Shown: positions 1 through 13,539 of the stretch, piece after piece
Layout: every line of letters starts with the position of its first letter
How positions within the stretch are numbered: the stretch's first letter is position 1
Source: Bugula neritina
Lineage: Eukaryota; Animalia; Bryozoa
Direction of reading: 5' to 3'
Assembly: GCA_964035545.1 (NCBI GenBank)
Contig: OZ037767.1
Location: forward strand, 27,358,628-27,422,627
DNA length: 64,000 bases
Notes under the pieces: model-generated
What the model was told of the DNA's origin: nothing
Databases searched by the model: none
Seen by the model: the letters and a program-made list of their open reading frames with translations, nothing else
Program-made: the position numbers and the translations under genes

Positions 1-417
1 TTAAACAGAATTCAGTGACAGGTAAACTAGTATTAAATATTTTCAATAGCAGATGTTTTACATAATAATCTTTATGTACAAGCTCTATGCCAACCTGTAC
101 AAGAATATATACAGTACATGTTTATACACTTATATTATTTACAGGTTGTGTAAGAAAGACCATTACTGTACTGTATATTTTACTGCAGATTTTATAGTTG
201 ACCAATAAAAAATTATAATCCATGCTGGGAGAGCACAAGGTTTTACATAATACATGTAAGATATGGCTAGAAGTTATCCTAATAGAGCCAATTGAAACTA
301 GGAATATTTTAGGGCTAGGAAACTAAAAGGGAAATTTCTAACGCAATTGTCTTGATAATAAAATTATTTCCCAACTTCAAGCAGAAAGACTGTCACAGAG
401 CAGAAGCCTGAGAGTAC

Positions 418-1596
418 CTTGTCCATTGATGGTGAGAGTCATGCCACCATAAGTTCCTCCATCAGCAGGGGTTATGGAGGTGACAAGTGGCTCTGGCTCA
501 ATTTCACAGTTACATTGCCCTGCAAGAAAACAACCATACTATCAATTTATATTTCTAAAGATGAACTTTTGCCAAGGCAGCAGTTGCAGCGGCATCATTG
601 CACAAAGACTAAAACAGCATATTTAGATCTAAAGAAAGTGCAAAGGTGTTAATTGAGTGCACATATGAGAGAAGTAATTATAAGTTATTTTGGTAGCAAC
701 CATGGAGTATTTGTATATAAGTCTTTATGTAATGATTCTATTTTTTATATGCTCACCACATGACCAGCAATAAAAACTATTGATTTTTAAATGATCTTAT
801 CTGAGCTGTTTCTAAACATAAAACCTCATTGCTTTTATTCAGTACCTTATGATGAAAAATAAAAGAGTATTCCTAGTTATAATATTGAAGCATACATTAT
901 TTATTTGCAATTAAACATTTTGAATGTCCTTGAAATTCAAACTTTATTACAACAGACTGTAAAAGATTTTTAAATAAAGGTTTTTATATCCCAGCATATC
1001 TAAATAACTAATAGCAAACAGAAAAAAATTAAAATATTGCTTAGAAATAATCAAAACTCAAGGGGTTTAACTTTTGCTTTTCTATTGACTGTCAAGTACA
1101 GTTCAATAATAAAGTAAAGGATCAACTCTCATTGGCAAGGTTTTAAGACTAGCCATTAATCTTGCCAATATGTCCACAGAGTATGTACAAATGACAATGA
1201 TACTATATGTAACATCAAATTTTTACAGTTTCAACAGGCACCTTTTCACCACAATAATCTACATGCTGACCTAAATACTATGAAGCAGTACTGAAACAGT
1301 ACCGTAGTGTTTAACTTATAAATATGTTTAGTAGTTGAATGTAAAAGCAGGACAATAAAACTTAAAGTGACAATTTGATGCTACTGGATTACAAGTAAGC
1401 TTTAACACAAAGTTTCACAGTGAAATATATTGTAGACATCTGTGTAAGAGCTAACCTGCATTACAGAAAATAATTTGCAAGTAGTTGAAAGATAAACTAG
1501 CTGTATAAATAAGTTTTACTAACCAGCAAAAGAAAATAGTAGAACGGCTAAAATGATTTTGCCAAACTTCCAAGCTTTTTGGCCAGCCAATGCCAT
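418..1596 (-). CDS. 5' part of a secreted/membrane IPT/TIG-domain protein (fibrocystin-L/PKHD1L1-like N-terminus); exons 1596-1524 and 519-418; continues beyond the window's left edge
   Basis: Exon 1 MALAGQKAWKFGKIILAVLLFSFA (signal-peptide-like) joins through a phase-1 GT-AG intron to G-QCNCEIEPEPLVTSITPADGGTYGGMTLTINGQG, which fits the IPT/TIG start pattern P.V.SI.P..G...GG..LTI.G.G. Family assignment rests on one partial domain. Confidence 0.7.
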
Positions 1597-3199
1597 GCTA
1601 TTTCTCTTCTTCGAAATGGCTTGCAATCATAAAACAACCTGTTTTAAAATAAAAAAAGTGTTGTGCGTCAACCAAGTTAGCTGGTTGAGCAACCTATGAA
1701 GCAAATCGAGTTAGTGAATAGGTAACGGCATATTTTACAAACATGTCTTTTCAAAAGGTGAAATCAATTGGGAATAATGTTCAAAAGCAGTCAATAAAAT
1801 CCTTTTGATATAGTCAATACTGTATACAAAGTTTAATATACTATTTTATTTGTGTAAGGTTTCACACTAAAAATGTTTATTTTCCTAGCACTATGGGTTA
1901 ATGAAAATAACCTAAAAAAACAAAAGGCTTTAGTTTCAAATATCCAGCAGCTTTGAAGGATATAATTTTTATTATGCAGGCCAATGAGCTAGAAGCTTAT
2001 TTCTAAAGAGCAAATGCTTTCAGCCAAAATAATCATGCTGCAACACTAGCCTCATTAGAACTTACCCTTTCAATGCAGTCTTGAAAGAACAAGCTGCCAG
2101 TATTACACTGCCTAGTTGCTTTACTGGCATACTCCCCTCCCTCCCCTCAACACAAAGCTAGATCTAGGAGTTACAAGCTACACATAAAATTAAGCATTTC
2201 ATGTGTTTAATAGCCTACTCCAATAGTTTACTGAACAAATTAATGCTAGAAACAACTTGTTTTCTAAGCTAGAATATGAGCACATAAAGCATCCGTTACT
2301 TGATGAACTATTTACAATAAAGTAATTATATTTTGTACAATAATATAACAACCACTAAATTAAAATGTTCATTTTAAAAATGATTGAAGCAAAAAACAAA
2401 TCAGAAATTCTTGTTTAATTAATATTGAAGTGTCATAAAGCTACAGAAAATGTTACATAACAGGAATTATATATTTAGGCCGAATTAGCTCAAAGATAAG
2501 TTACAGGTCTGTACCAAAGCCTCTACTCGAAGCACATAGCTGCCCAATCATTACACTAGCATTACAAGTTTTTAAAAATCAAGTACACACTTAATTTCTT
2601 TTTCATATTGATATTAATATTCTTCATATTAATATAATGCATAGATAGAAAAAAGATAACAACTGCACATTTATTAAAACAATTCTGTTGAATAATTTAG
2701 AAAATAGTTGATATAAAAATGCTTAAAACTAAATAGCAAGGCGGAAAGCATGCACAAAGAGAATAATTCTATACATTATAGAGAGTAGACTGAATTTACA
2801 GTCATGCTGACTGTTTTTAGAAATCACTAAATACTAAGATTTTATATCAAATGAAATCAATAGATAATTGAACAGCTAGCCTTACCAACTTGGTAGAAAA
2901 CACAAAAATCAGTCATATAAAGATAACAGATTTAAAATCCACTGTCACTGTATTATTAAAAGATTGAGATTTACTGATTCCAAATAGCATAATTTACTTT
3001 ATACAGTAAAAACATATTCTAAAATGAAGGGAAACCTAAGCTTTCTTATATAATAAGCTTTCAAATATAAAATAATTTATTTTCCAGGTCATTTTCATGG
3101 TAAGCAACTTTAGTAAGTTTCAACTTTTCCAATATAAAGCTTATTTGAAAACGAAACTACTTTTAAATGTACTGAGAATTACTAAACTAAGAGTTGAGC

Positions 3200-6100
3200 C
3201 TAAGACTCTGCAGTTCTCCTTCCAGGGCTAGAGGTCGGCCTAGCTGGTTTCCTGCCGGGTGAGAGTTGAATGGCAGAAGACTGAGATCCTGGGGTTATTA
3301 TTTTTCGTACATAGCTGGGGAGGTTTGTGCACGTGATCAACTGCTCAGCTAAGGCCTCAGACTGTATCAGTAACTCAGACAAGACAATATCTCCAGATCT
3401 GTCATTGATATACTGAAACAAAAACATAATAATTACTAGTTACTAGTTATTAGTTACTAATTAGTAGTTAGTAGTTACTAGTTACTGTAGTTTCTAAACT
3501 CTAGAGTTTGGATTATCAGAGTGAATCTTGTAACATGCTTCAACAGAAACACTTGTGAGGCCTCCCAACTTGAAAGTAATACTTACTAAACTCGACTTTA
3601 TCTTTTGAGTTGCACATAGTAATAGCACTTACAATTAATCATTCGTAATATATAAGCATCAATAGAGTAAAATTTAGCAATAGTCTAAATAAGCCATCAT
3701 AAGAAAATTAGAAAATTCAAAGTCTTATAAGAAGGTCAAAAAAGCAAGTTTTAAAATCAAAAGCAAAAATATTTCTTTAAAAATGTCAGCTGTTCTAACC
3801 TTCAATATTTCATTGAACCCAAACTGGCTCTCGATAATATCACCTTTACACTGACATAGGAGAGCTGTGGCCATCACTAGCTGATAGTTCTTGCAGGGAA
3901 GTCCAGTCCAAAAAACCTACAACGATAACCACACAGCAATTCCAAAAACTGGTAAAACCTAACAGAAAGGAGAGAAAAGCATAAAGTAAACCACACGCGG
4001 TTGAAAATATTTGTATTAACAATTGATATCTCATCAGCAAAAGGGTTGAGCCTAACTTGATTTACATATGAGTATAACATAATAATCTTAAGAGGTCAAA
4101 TAGCCCAGATAGCAGAGACTGTTTCACAATTTAGTAGCGATGAAATTAGTAGCAGAAATAAAATTAGTAGTAAAATAAATTACTCACTTATATTAAAATT
4201 CAACAGTACACTCTTACAATTGAATTTCAGAGTAATAGAGTGATATCAATTATATAGAATGTGTTTGCACATACTAGATAATACATGCAAATACATCAAT
4301 TCATATCATGTTATCATATTGGCCATAACTTCACACTATATTATATCAACATGATACCATATCAAAAATTCCCAATAACACACCTCCCAAAGGCTCATAA
4401 TATCATCCATAACAAATTCTCTTTTAAATACTATAAGCAGCCATCGGAAAGCAAAGTACATGTTGGATGATTCGTGGTCATCTGGAATAGAAGAGCACAT
4501 TACCTGATTAGAATAAGGTCACAATGGTTAAATATTATCCTTACAGACTGAAAATCACAGCAATATTGTGCTAGTTGTTCATAAATTACAGCTTGAGGTT
4601 AATTCCTTTAACTATTCAAAGTGCATTAACTTATAAGCTATAAAGTTTATTCAACAAAAGAAGCTATGCTAAATGGTCATTTGACTCTTATGGCTGACCC
4701 ACATAATTTACCATGAGTGACCTATATAGTTAGCTGACTAATTCATATATAGCAAACGCCTATCAAGTCACATAATAAGTGACAGAGCATTCAAATTCGT
4801 GAACAGCTTACATAGATGACATCATCATAATATCGGTGATTTATAATTTCACAAATTAATATTATTTAGAGTACATATTTTCATATGGATAAAAGCTACA
4901 CACAAGCAAATTACATTCATATAAGTATGTGAACTGAGATATACTAAAATTTTAGCCATATATGATTATTAACATAAGTACAGTCACAACACTAAGTACA
5001 GGTGTGCGAGTAAAACATGAGCCAGGTGTGAGACTTATGTACTTGAGACTTATGTATTGAGACTTATGTACTTGAGACTTATGTACTTGAGACTTATGTA
5101 CTCGAGACTTATGTACTTGAGACTTATGTACTTGAGACTTATGTATTGAGACTTATGTACTTGAGACTTATGTACTTGAGACTTATGTACTCGAGACTTA
5201 TGTACTTGAGACTTATGTACTTGAGACTTATGTACTTGAGACTTATGTACTTGAGACTTATGTACGTGTTACACACCAAGATAGCTGTAGAGTTGTCCGT
5301 CCGCAACTTGAACAATCTGATTCAACTGATTTAGCTGAAGTTTCATTCCTTCTTGATCCATCTCAAAGTTAGAGTGCTGAAGCATGAATACTAAATACTA
5401 TAACATTACAAGCAGCAAGCAGGTGCTGCCAAAATGATACAATAAATAAACAAAAATCATGCTGTCACTAAAGATTGTAAAATAGCACAGATGGTAGAAA
5501 TGATGACGTTTCCATAGCATACTTTATAAATGGTTAGCATAAACATATCTTAGTCATAATTATGCAATATACATGCATGTACAGACAGTTTCGAGTGATT
5601 GTTAGTAGTTGAGAGAATAGGTGTAGAAGGCTAGGCATTGCTTACCAAAAGATTCATAAACCCTACAAAGCACCAGAAAGTGTCAACTTCATTCTCCATA
5701 ACTAGCAGTAGAGGAGAGAGCAGGTCACTCATTCCCTGTACATATCCTGCAAGAAAACAGCATCAAACGCTGAAACGAAGTCGGCAAATAATCTGATCAT
5801 ATAACATATGAACTGTTACATATGATATGGAACAAGTTATTGCACATGGAATATGGAACTTGGTATCTGTTGAAAAATTCCCAGTCTGAATGTAATAAAC
5901 TGCTGCCTTGGTAAGATACACCCTCAATTATGAGTCTTTTATGATACGATTATGAGTAAAATTATGGTGATTATGAGTAAAACATTGCAACAGCACAACT
6001 TTCAAGATAGATATAATTGGACTGTATTGTGCTGCACTGTTCCATGGTGCAGGCTAAAGAATGAAGTGTTGTGCAGGTTATGGTGATACTTTACCTAGGT

Positions 6101-9100
6101 TGAAGTCATACATAACAAACGTCATAAGAATGTCATTCAACTGGTGAAGCCTCTCATTGTTATCTCCACTGAAAAATGGGGTCATCCTGTCTGTTCGGCT
6201 CACATCCTTTTCTATTAAAAAATGAATTTGAAATCAAAATGGGGCCGAATTGAAGACCCACATTCACAGAATTATTCCACAAACACAATTATTTTTTCCT
6301 TACAGCTCACATGTTAGTAGACTCATCTGCATATTTCACGTATAAAATTTAGAATATAAAAAATATATACACTCGAACAGTTAATTATAAGGGTGATGCT
6401 TTCATGTGCAATTTTGACAAGGTTCTACTCCTTATACAGAATGTGTCAGCCATCACAACGCATTTGCTGAGGTGACAAATATTGACAGAATTGTAGATTC
6501 AGAGAGAGCTGAAGAGAGATACCAACCTATTAGACTCTCACGGTCTCTAAAGTCACTAAACCGAGACTTCTGACTCTCAGTCATGGACTTCCACTGCAGT
6601 TTCATTGCAAAATATTCATCTCTGAAAACACAGCATATATTAATTTTATATATTACCATATATTTTATATATTATCATAAAAACAACAAATGCTATTTTT
6701 TGGTAGTTTAAAAATTAAAGTACAGCAGGATTTTTTTATGCAACTATATTTTATTTGTGTAATCTACTTGTTGAATCCGTGATATTCCCCTGCACTCAAA
6801 AACTAAGTGATTTATGAATAAATAACTTTCAATAAAAAATTTGTCAAGTGATAATTTCTCATGACTCACACTTTTGTCTTACGAAATTCCTCACGCTCTC
6901 GAGTAGTGGAATCCCACGAGTAGAAAGAGAGAAGATATTTCCAAACTTCTGATCGCAAATCATGCGAAACCCCCTACAAGATGCCTGACATATAAAAACT
7001 GTAATATGAATAAAATGTTTTTACAGCAGAGACAAGGTAGCATTGATTCAGTTACAAATAAGTGTGTATAAGACAAGACTATAACCTTTAAAAAAGTAAA
7101 TTTTTTTAAAGAATTAAATTTATTAAAACATCTTTTTGTGCTTCCAGCTATAAAAAAAGATGCGTTTCAAACGCCAAAATGTTTTAGTTCAACTTTCAGT
7201 TCGAAAATATATTTTTAGCTAAACTGCTACAACTCATGTACCCCTCTATATATGATTTGTTTAAGTTCTCTGGGATTGGTAACTTTGCCTTCAGCATCAA
7301 AGAACTTCTCCCATACAGCTCTCTTTAAAGGTTCACCTCTGGGTTTCTTCTCCACCTCAGGAAGTTGTGCCTACAAAACCAATTGCTATACAACTGCATT
7401 ACTGCATTTGAAACAACATGAAAAGAAATATAAAAATATTTAAACTTAAAAAGATGTAAACTCATGAGGTAGATTTTCTCTCCCACATTATAGACTATAT
7501 TTACTGATACAGAAATCTTTATGCCAGGTAAATTCCATAAATCCAAAGTACGGTAATAACATGATCTTAGTAGATGGCAAGTCTAAAGATGTCTTCCATT
7601 TAAAAGCAAATTTGTAAAGCCCTCACCTCAGCTTTGCTCTATTCATTTTTAGACTAAAATGTCTTAGTGATCAATCCATGGTATACTAAGAACAGTGTAT
7701 GTGAGTTACAATATGAAATTTGAACTAGCATTACACATATTAGGGAAACACAAACAATAGAACACCTTTTCATCAATAAACAAGAAGTCTGGATCTTCGG
7801 GTTGCGTCGAGTGAATTGCACTGAAGTCGGTTTCATTCTCTTCCACGGAGATACGGAGTTGATCACATATCTCAGGCGGAACACTGTTCTTATCCTCAGA
7901 AGCCACCAGGGTGTTGGTAAGTAGTTTGGAAACTTTAGCAAAAGCAGTAAATGTGCCTCTCACGGGATCAGCAGCAAATCTCTGCAACAGACAGCATCCA
8001 GGTGTGGGAAAGCTTGAGGCAGTAAAATGTAACAGCAGCAATATACACCCATTACATACTATGCCCATGCTAAACATAAACCTGACTATTAACATGTTCC
8101 AAACATTTTGAAAATAGCATAATCATACAAAAGGTCTGAATGTGAAAATATTCTTATAAAACTTGCAAAGTTAAGGCTCAGTGAAAATTTAGCTCACAAG
8201 ATATATACAATAATGCACTTATTAATGGCTAGTAACCCCCCCCCCCCCCCCCCCCCCCCGATAGAATAATACGAGACGCTGTGATTAGGACTATGCCTTT
8301 TCTTCTCACCAGATTCACACAATTTCTTACCGACAAAGCGCTGCCCTGGTCAGCAAACAGATTTAGAGCGTCAAATGAGGACTCCAAGGCTTCTTGTTGG
8401 TGCGGTGAGACTAGAAAACGATTGCTGTCTGTGGCAGACCTGAAAAATGTAATACAAGAGACATTTATCTTCAACTAGAAACACTGTTTAAAACATAAAA
8501 CATTATAAAACATGTTTTGCCTACAATTTTTGGTTTAGCGTGTTTTATTATTAACAATAGAACATAGAACACAAAAAGGATAAAAATTTTTATAGATTTA
8601 AAAAGTTTTATTAATAAACATAAATTAGCTATCATTAGAACTTATAAGACTTTTATCAGTTTAATATCTACTGAAAGAAAACTTACTGGGTAATGATGAC
8701 TTTTTTCCCAAGATGATTCAAGAATTTATCTGTTACTCCACCTTTAGGAAAGTATATAGGGGGATGGCTGGTGCCTAAACAACACAGCAACAGTTTGTTA
8801 TACACTACAAAGCCTTAGTGCTTGAAAATAGCAAATCTATATAGACATATCTCTAGCCTGTGTCCCACATAAACAATATATCATGCAGTAGGACCATCGA
8901 CTACACATTCTACAAAGCTCAACCAAGTAAATTCAATACTAAATTAGTTGCTTTTCCCTTACCACAGTCTAAAATAAACATGATGCAAGAATTCTTGACT
9001 AGCTTCCCTTTCATTCTTTTAAAACTACGTAAATTATCAACATGAAAGTTGATGGGGTTATGGAACTTCTGTTGGTTTATCATTTTACAAGACCCCTCTA

Positions 9101-10372
9101 CAAAACACAAAACACTATCACCAAGTAACACAGTTACGCAAAGAAATACATATAAAACTACATTGCAATTAGCTTCCTCAACTGCCAAAAAGAATTTCGA
9201 ACCAGTTTCAATAAATTCAAATTACCATTTCAAGTAACAATTCAACATAGTATTATATCTCTATAATGTTCATACCTATAAGAACTCAAGTTGTACTGGT
9301 AATACTACAACTTCTCCAACTACTATAATGTACTATAACTTCAGTTAGCAGTAACCACTGTTGGTCATAAAATTTATAAAATGACAAAATTTTTGCCTCA
9401 AAGATGTTACAATGAAGACAAAAACTGAAAGAACACTAAAGTGTTTTTAAACCCTGCATAGTGGGGCAACAAACCTGTACGAGCAGCAGTAGGTGTTAGG
9501 TCAGTCAGCTGGGCAGCAGAGTTACTATACGTAAAGGAGACGGCGTCAGCATTTATAAAGTCCCAGGAATCATTGGGAGCATCCACATGAGTTGGATCTT
9601 CTCTCCACTCAATGTGACAGCCATCTGGCTGCATGAACCAACACATTAACGTATAGAGATAATCACCACAGGAAAACTTGATCTTAAAGAGTTTATTCAC
9701 AGAGAATATTGTGTGTACATACTATGCTGCAGGTATAAGAACTCTCTCTCTCGCTCTATGTAATTATTGTAGGTTTCCAATTAAAAAGCTTTACATACTA
9801 GTATAACAGTGTTTGTGAGTAAATCAGTATTCACTCCCTAACACATGCACCCTCCCTTAGAGAGGATACCACTCTAAGATACAGCATGAGCATATCTACA
9901 CTATATAATTGCACATCATGTTAAAGCATTTGGACATCATTGCAGAATACTTATTACTGCAATTGCCAAATTAGGATATAATTTTAAATAAAAATTTTTT
10001 TCATCGATAGTATGAATATTTACAAAGTAGATGCATTACACACCTTCTCGAGCATCAGTAGGGTACCATATATGTATTCTTCTTTATTTGAGCCATTTTT
10101 TACTTTGATGTATGTGTGTGTAACAGAATAGACAACCTATAGCACAATCAACATCTTAATGGAGATCTCATGGCACCATTATAAACTGTATGTAACCAAA
10201 CAATCTCCCATAAACACAAAAATCACCACTAAACAGTTGGCATGGAATGTCACGTGGTGACAATTTACATTTGGGTAATGAACTCAAGTTAAATTACAAT
10301 CCTGTAACAAATTCACCCGACTAGTAAAATTCAAAACAGTACCTTTTCGTCAATTGGATCTAATGCAGCCAT
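3200..10372 (-). CDS. TBC1D15: TBC1 domain Rab7 GAP (TBC1D15/TBC1D17 orthologue), about 16 coding exons
   Basis: Approximate exons: 10372-10343 MAALDPIDEK; 10136-10044 VVYSVTHTYIKV..GTLLMLEK; ~9628-9475; ~9097-8964; ~8773-8688; ~8439-8330; ~7983-7765; ~7371-7241; ~6973-6872 GVSHDLRSEVWKYLL; ~6622-6527 DEYFAMKLQWKS; ~6211-6095 EKDVSRTDR (R-finger); ~5747-5646 GYVQGMSDLLSP (Q-finger); ~5379-5277; ~4482-4384 MYFAFRWLLIVFKREF; 3916-3800 FNEILK; 3412-3200 to stop. Confidence 0.93.
5029..5265. repeat. 15-bp minisatellite (TGAGACTTATGTACT) x ~16, intronic in TBC1D15
   Basis: Direct tandem copies; the array starts ~10 nt from the donor of the exon ending at 5277 (- strand). It explains the spurious 5146-5334 ORF. 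Confidence 0.95.
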
Positions 10373-13300
10373 TCTCCAAAAAAGATTAAGTATTAGTTTA
10401 CTAAATATTCTTCAGTAATAATGGTAAGTCTTCAATTCTAGGCCTGAAAAAATACAAATTCATTAAGACTATTGGCTAAAGTTAGTACAGCACTCACAAA
10501 TATGATGCTGGTAATGACTAAATAACTTAGTAATGACTTAGCTACGAGTTGTGTTGCAAAGCCCACTTCATACCATAGACTTGTGTTCTTATTAAATATA
10601 CAGTTAAAAGAAATCAGTTACAAAGGCAAAATTTATTTCAAATATAATTATAAAGTTCAACAAAATACAGGGCTAAATTAAACACAAAAAGTGTGGAGCT
10701 GTAAAGCTTTATTGTCACAATAACTAAAAAAAAACACCAACATACTGATTAGAATGCCACACCTGCAATACTAGCATTACATCTATACAACTTTGTAAAA
10801 CAAGTCAAGAAAAAAAATCGACAAGCAATATTTTAGCAGAAGCAATCTCAACAAAACATATCAAGATTGCTCTTTGCTGCAAGTAAGATTGCTGCGTTAT
10901 TTTGCTGTCCCATAATACATCTATGCCCATAATAATAATAATAATAATACTCATATTCATGATCATTTTCAGTTTCCACATTCATAACTTCACAATAAAA
11001 GTGATTATTATCACAATTGAGGTTCATCAAGTAAGCCAATATTTGGCTAGGTAAAGTCAAGTCATACTCAGACCGAAATGCAAGCATGGCAATCAAACTC
11101 TTCAAGTCAATTAGTTTAGTAGTGCAAATTAATACTTCAAGCAAACTAACACAAGCTAAAAAATTTCAAGGTTACTGAATTAAACTGATAAACTTATAGG
11201 AACTGTCTATCAAAGTTTAAAAGTAGAATATAAATTTAAAAATGCTTAAAGCTAAATGAAATTACATATAAAGGACAGTAGTACCCGGGGCTTAACTGCT
11301 TGAAGTTGGTAATAGTAGTGCTTAGTTTCACTGAGTCAATTGTTATTTACATTTATTTCAAAATTTGAAATAAAACTATTTTTATATTGACTTGATGTTT
11401 CCTAAGGAACATTAATTAGTAATCTTAAATTACTTTGCATAAACTAGCAGTTATCATTATTACTACCAATTACCACTAGACATGTATTATTATTACTATT
11501 ACTATTACTAATACTGTAATAGTAATACTAATAGTAATAGTGAAACTCATACTCATACTGATAGCGATAGTCAATGCCATAGTCATCGTATAAAATAATA
11601 AATAATAATACTTATTATTATATAATTTATTATAACAACAATATAAATTCAAATTATTAGTTATTACCTATTAATTAATTATACTATCATTATTACAAAC
11701 TCAGTACCACCTGTCTTGCATGGGCAGAAACTGAAAGCACTAAAAGTAAAAGTAAATACCTTGGGGTAACCATCCAGTCAGACCTAAGATTTGATCAGCA
11801 TATAAATAATAAGTGTACCAAGTTCCGGGAAGTTCTTGTTTATTTTCGTGCGCCACAACTCATAGTCACAGCATAACTATAAACAATAAAGCATAGTGAT
11901 AATAATTATCAACTCCATTGTGATTGTAATTGTCACGTTCAAGCAGCTTTGCTGATTACAAGTCATGTGGCCAAGATAAATAAATCTTGCTCAAATTATA
12001 GAGTTGTCTTCCACCGGTTATACATGAATGCAAAATCAGCGAGTTGATAGTTATATTGCTTTTTAACAAACGTGTTGCTATTGGATTAAAAGAGTGGTAA
12101 AAACGAACCAATACAAATAAAACAATACTAAAATTTTAGCGATACCATTTAATTGTTACTGTAGCTTTGGAGACATTATTCATTATGAAAAAACAGCTAT
12201 GATGATTGTTTATTATATTATCTTATTATTATATTATATTTACATATGTTAACCTAAATTATTGCTGACACGGTTGAATGCAAAAGTATGCAAATCCAAC
12301 TAAATTTGCTAATCACTATTTTGATTTAATTTTAGTATTTTAAACTGTAATCCGGTCTGAATCCCCTTTGGCTATGAATTGTCCAGTCTGAGTATCAGTC
12401 TGGGTGCGAGTCAAACTCAATCACAATGTCATAAAATTGATATGAGATAGTTTCACTTTCAGTTTTTTTTAAGCTTTGAATTTAAGTTTAGCAAATTTTT
12501 TTTAGAATAAATATTGATATGCTTTTTATTACTGAAATTATAAAATAAGAGTTGTTATGATTATCATTATTCTGATAACATAAATTTAAAATCATCATTA
12601 ATGACAATACTCGTAGTCATACTCATACTGATATTTATATTGTTAATATGGTTCGTTATTTCAATTTTCTGCAGTAGTTAGATTCTCAATGGGCAGATAG
12701 GCATGGCAATGGTTATGGTAGTCCTAAACTAAATGACAATGCCAAAAACTAAATAATAAAACTTAATATTAATAACAGTTTTACTACTTTATTAGTATTT
12801 TGGTAGTCTATATTATAAACGCGTCTATATATGTTTAAAAAGAATACAAAGTAGTGATATTTTTAGAAGTAAGCATAATTACAGTTTTAAATTTAAAACT
12901 TTTTTCAGCATCTTACATCGAAATTATTAAACATACTTTTTTTAAGATTTTAGTTATCCTCCAGCAAAAGCTTGCATGTTGTATTACACTGTTATACTCT
13001 GTCAAATGCATCATAAAACACTGTTTACAAAGTATGAATAAATTTATATAATAACTTTTTTTCTGAATTAAATAATTTATATGCTAATTTTGCTTTGTTT
13101 GAATTGTAAAAAAAGATCTTACTAAACAGGGATTTTGTTGTTGCTAAACATTGTGGAAGTTATAAACAATGACCAGCAATTGTAGAATGCAGTATATAGT
13201 TTTTTTTTGAAAAGATATTTTTTCAGTTATGCTATCATTTTGAGCAACAGTAAGTTCAGGGTGCTCATTATTCTAAAATAGAAAATAGCAGGTCATGCAT

Positions 13301-13539
13301 AAACTGAAGTGATCTTGATGATCAAATTTTTTTTACATAAGTTTTAGTTGAGAATTTTAAAATTGAAAATAGTTTTTGTTTTAAAACATCTCATTTTATT
13401 TATTTGAAAATATGGGTCAAACCCATATTATTTCTCTAAATCTTTGCGAAACAAATGCAAAAAAGCTCTTTTCTACAACTATTGTGTACTACTCTTTAAA
13501 AGATTTTTAATTCATTCATGCATCAGAGTTATATTTCAG

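Noticed and set aside
5146-5334. 62-aa (RLMYL)n ORF
   Set aside because: Translation of the 15-bp minisatellite, antisense to TBC1D15.
8236-8259. Poly-C tract (G-run on the TBC1D15 sense strand)
   Set aside because: Simple intronic homopolymer; no evidence of function.
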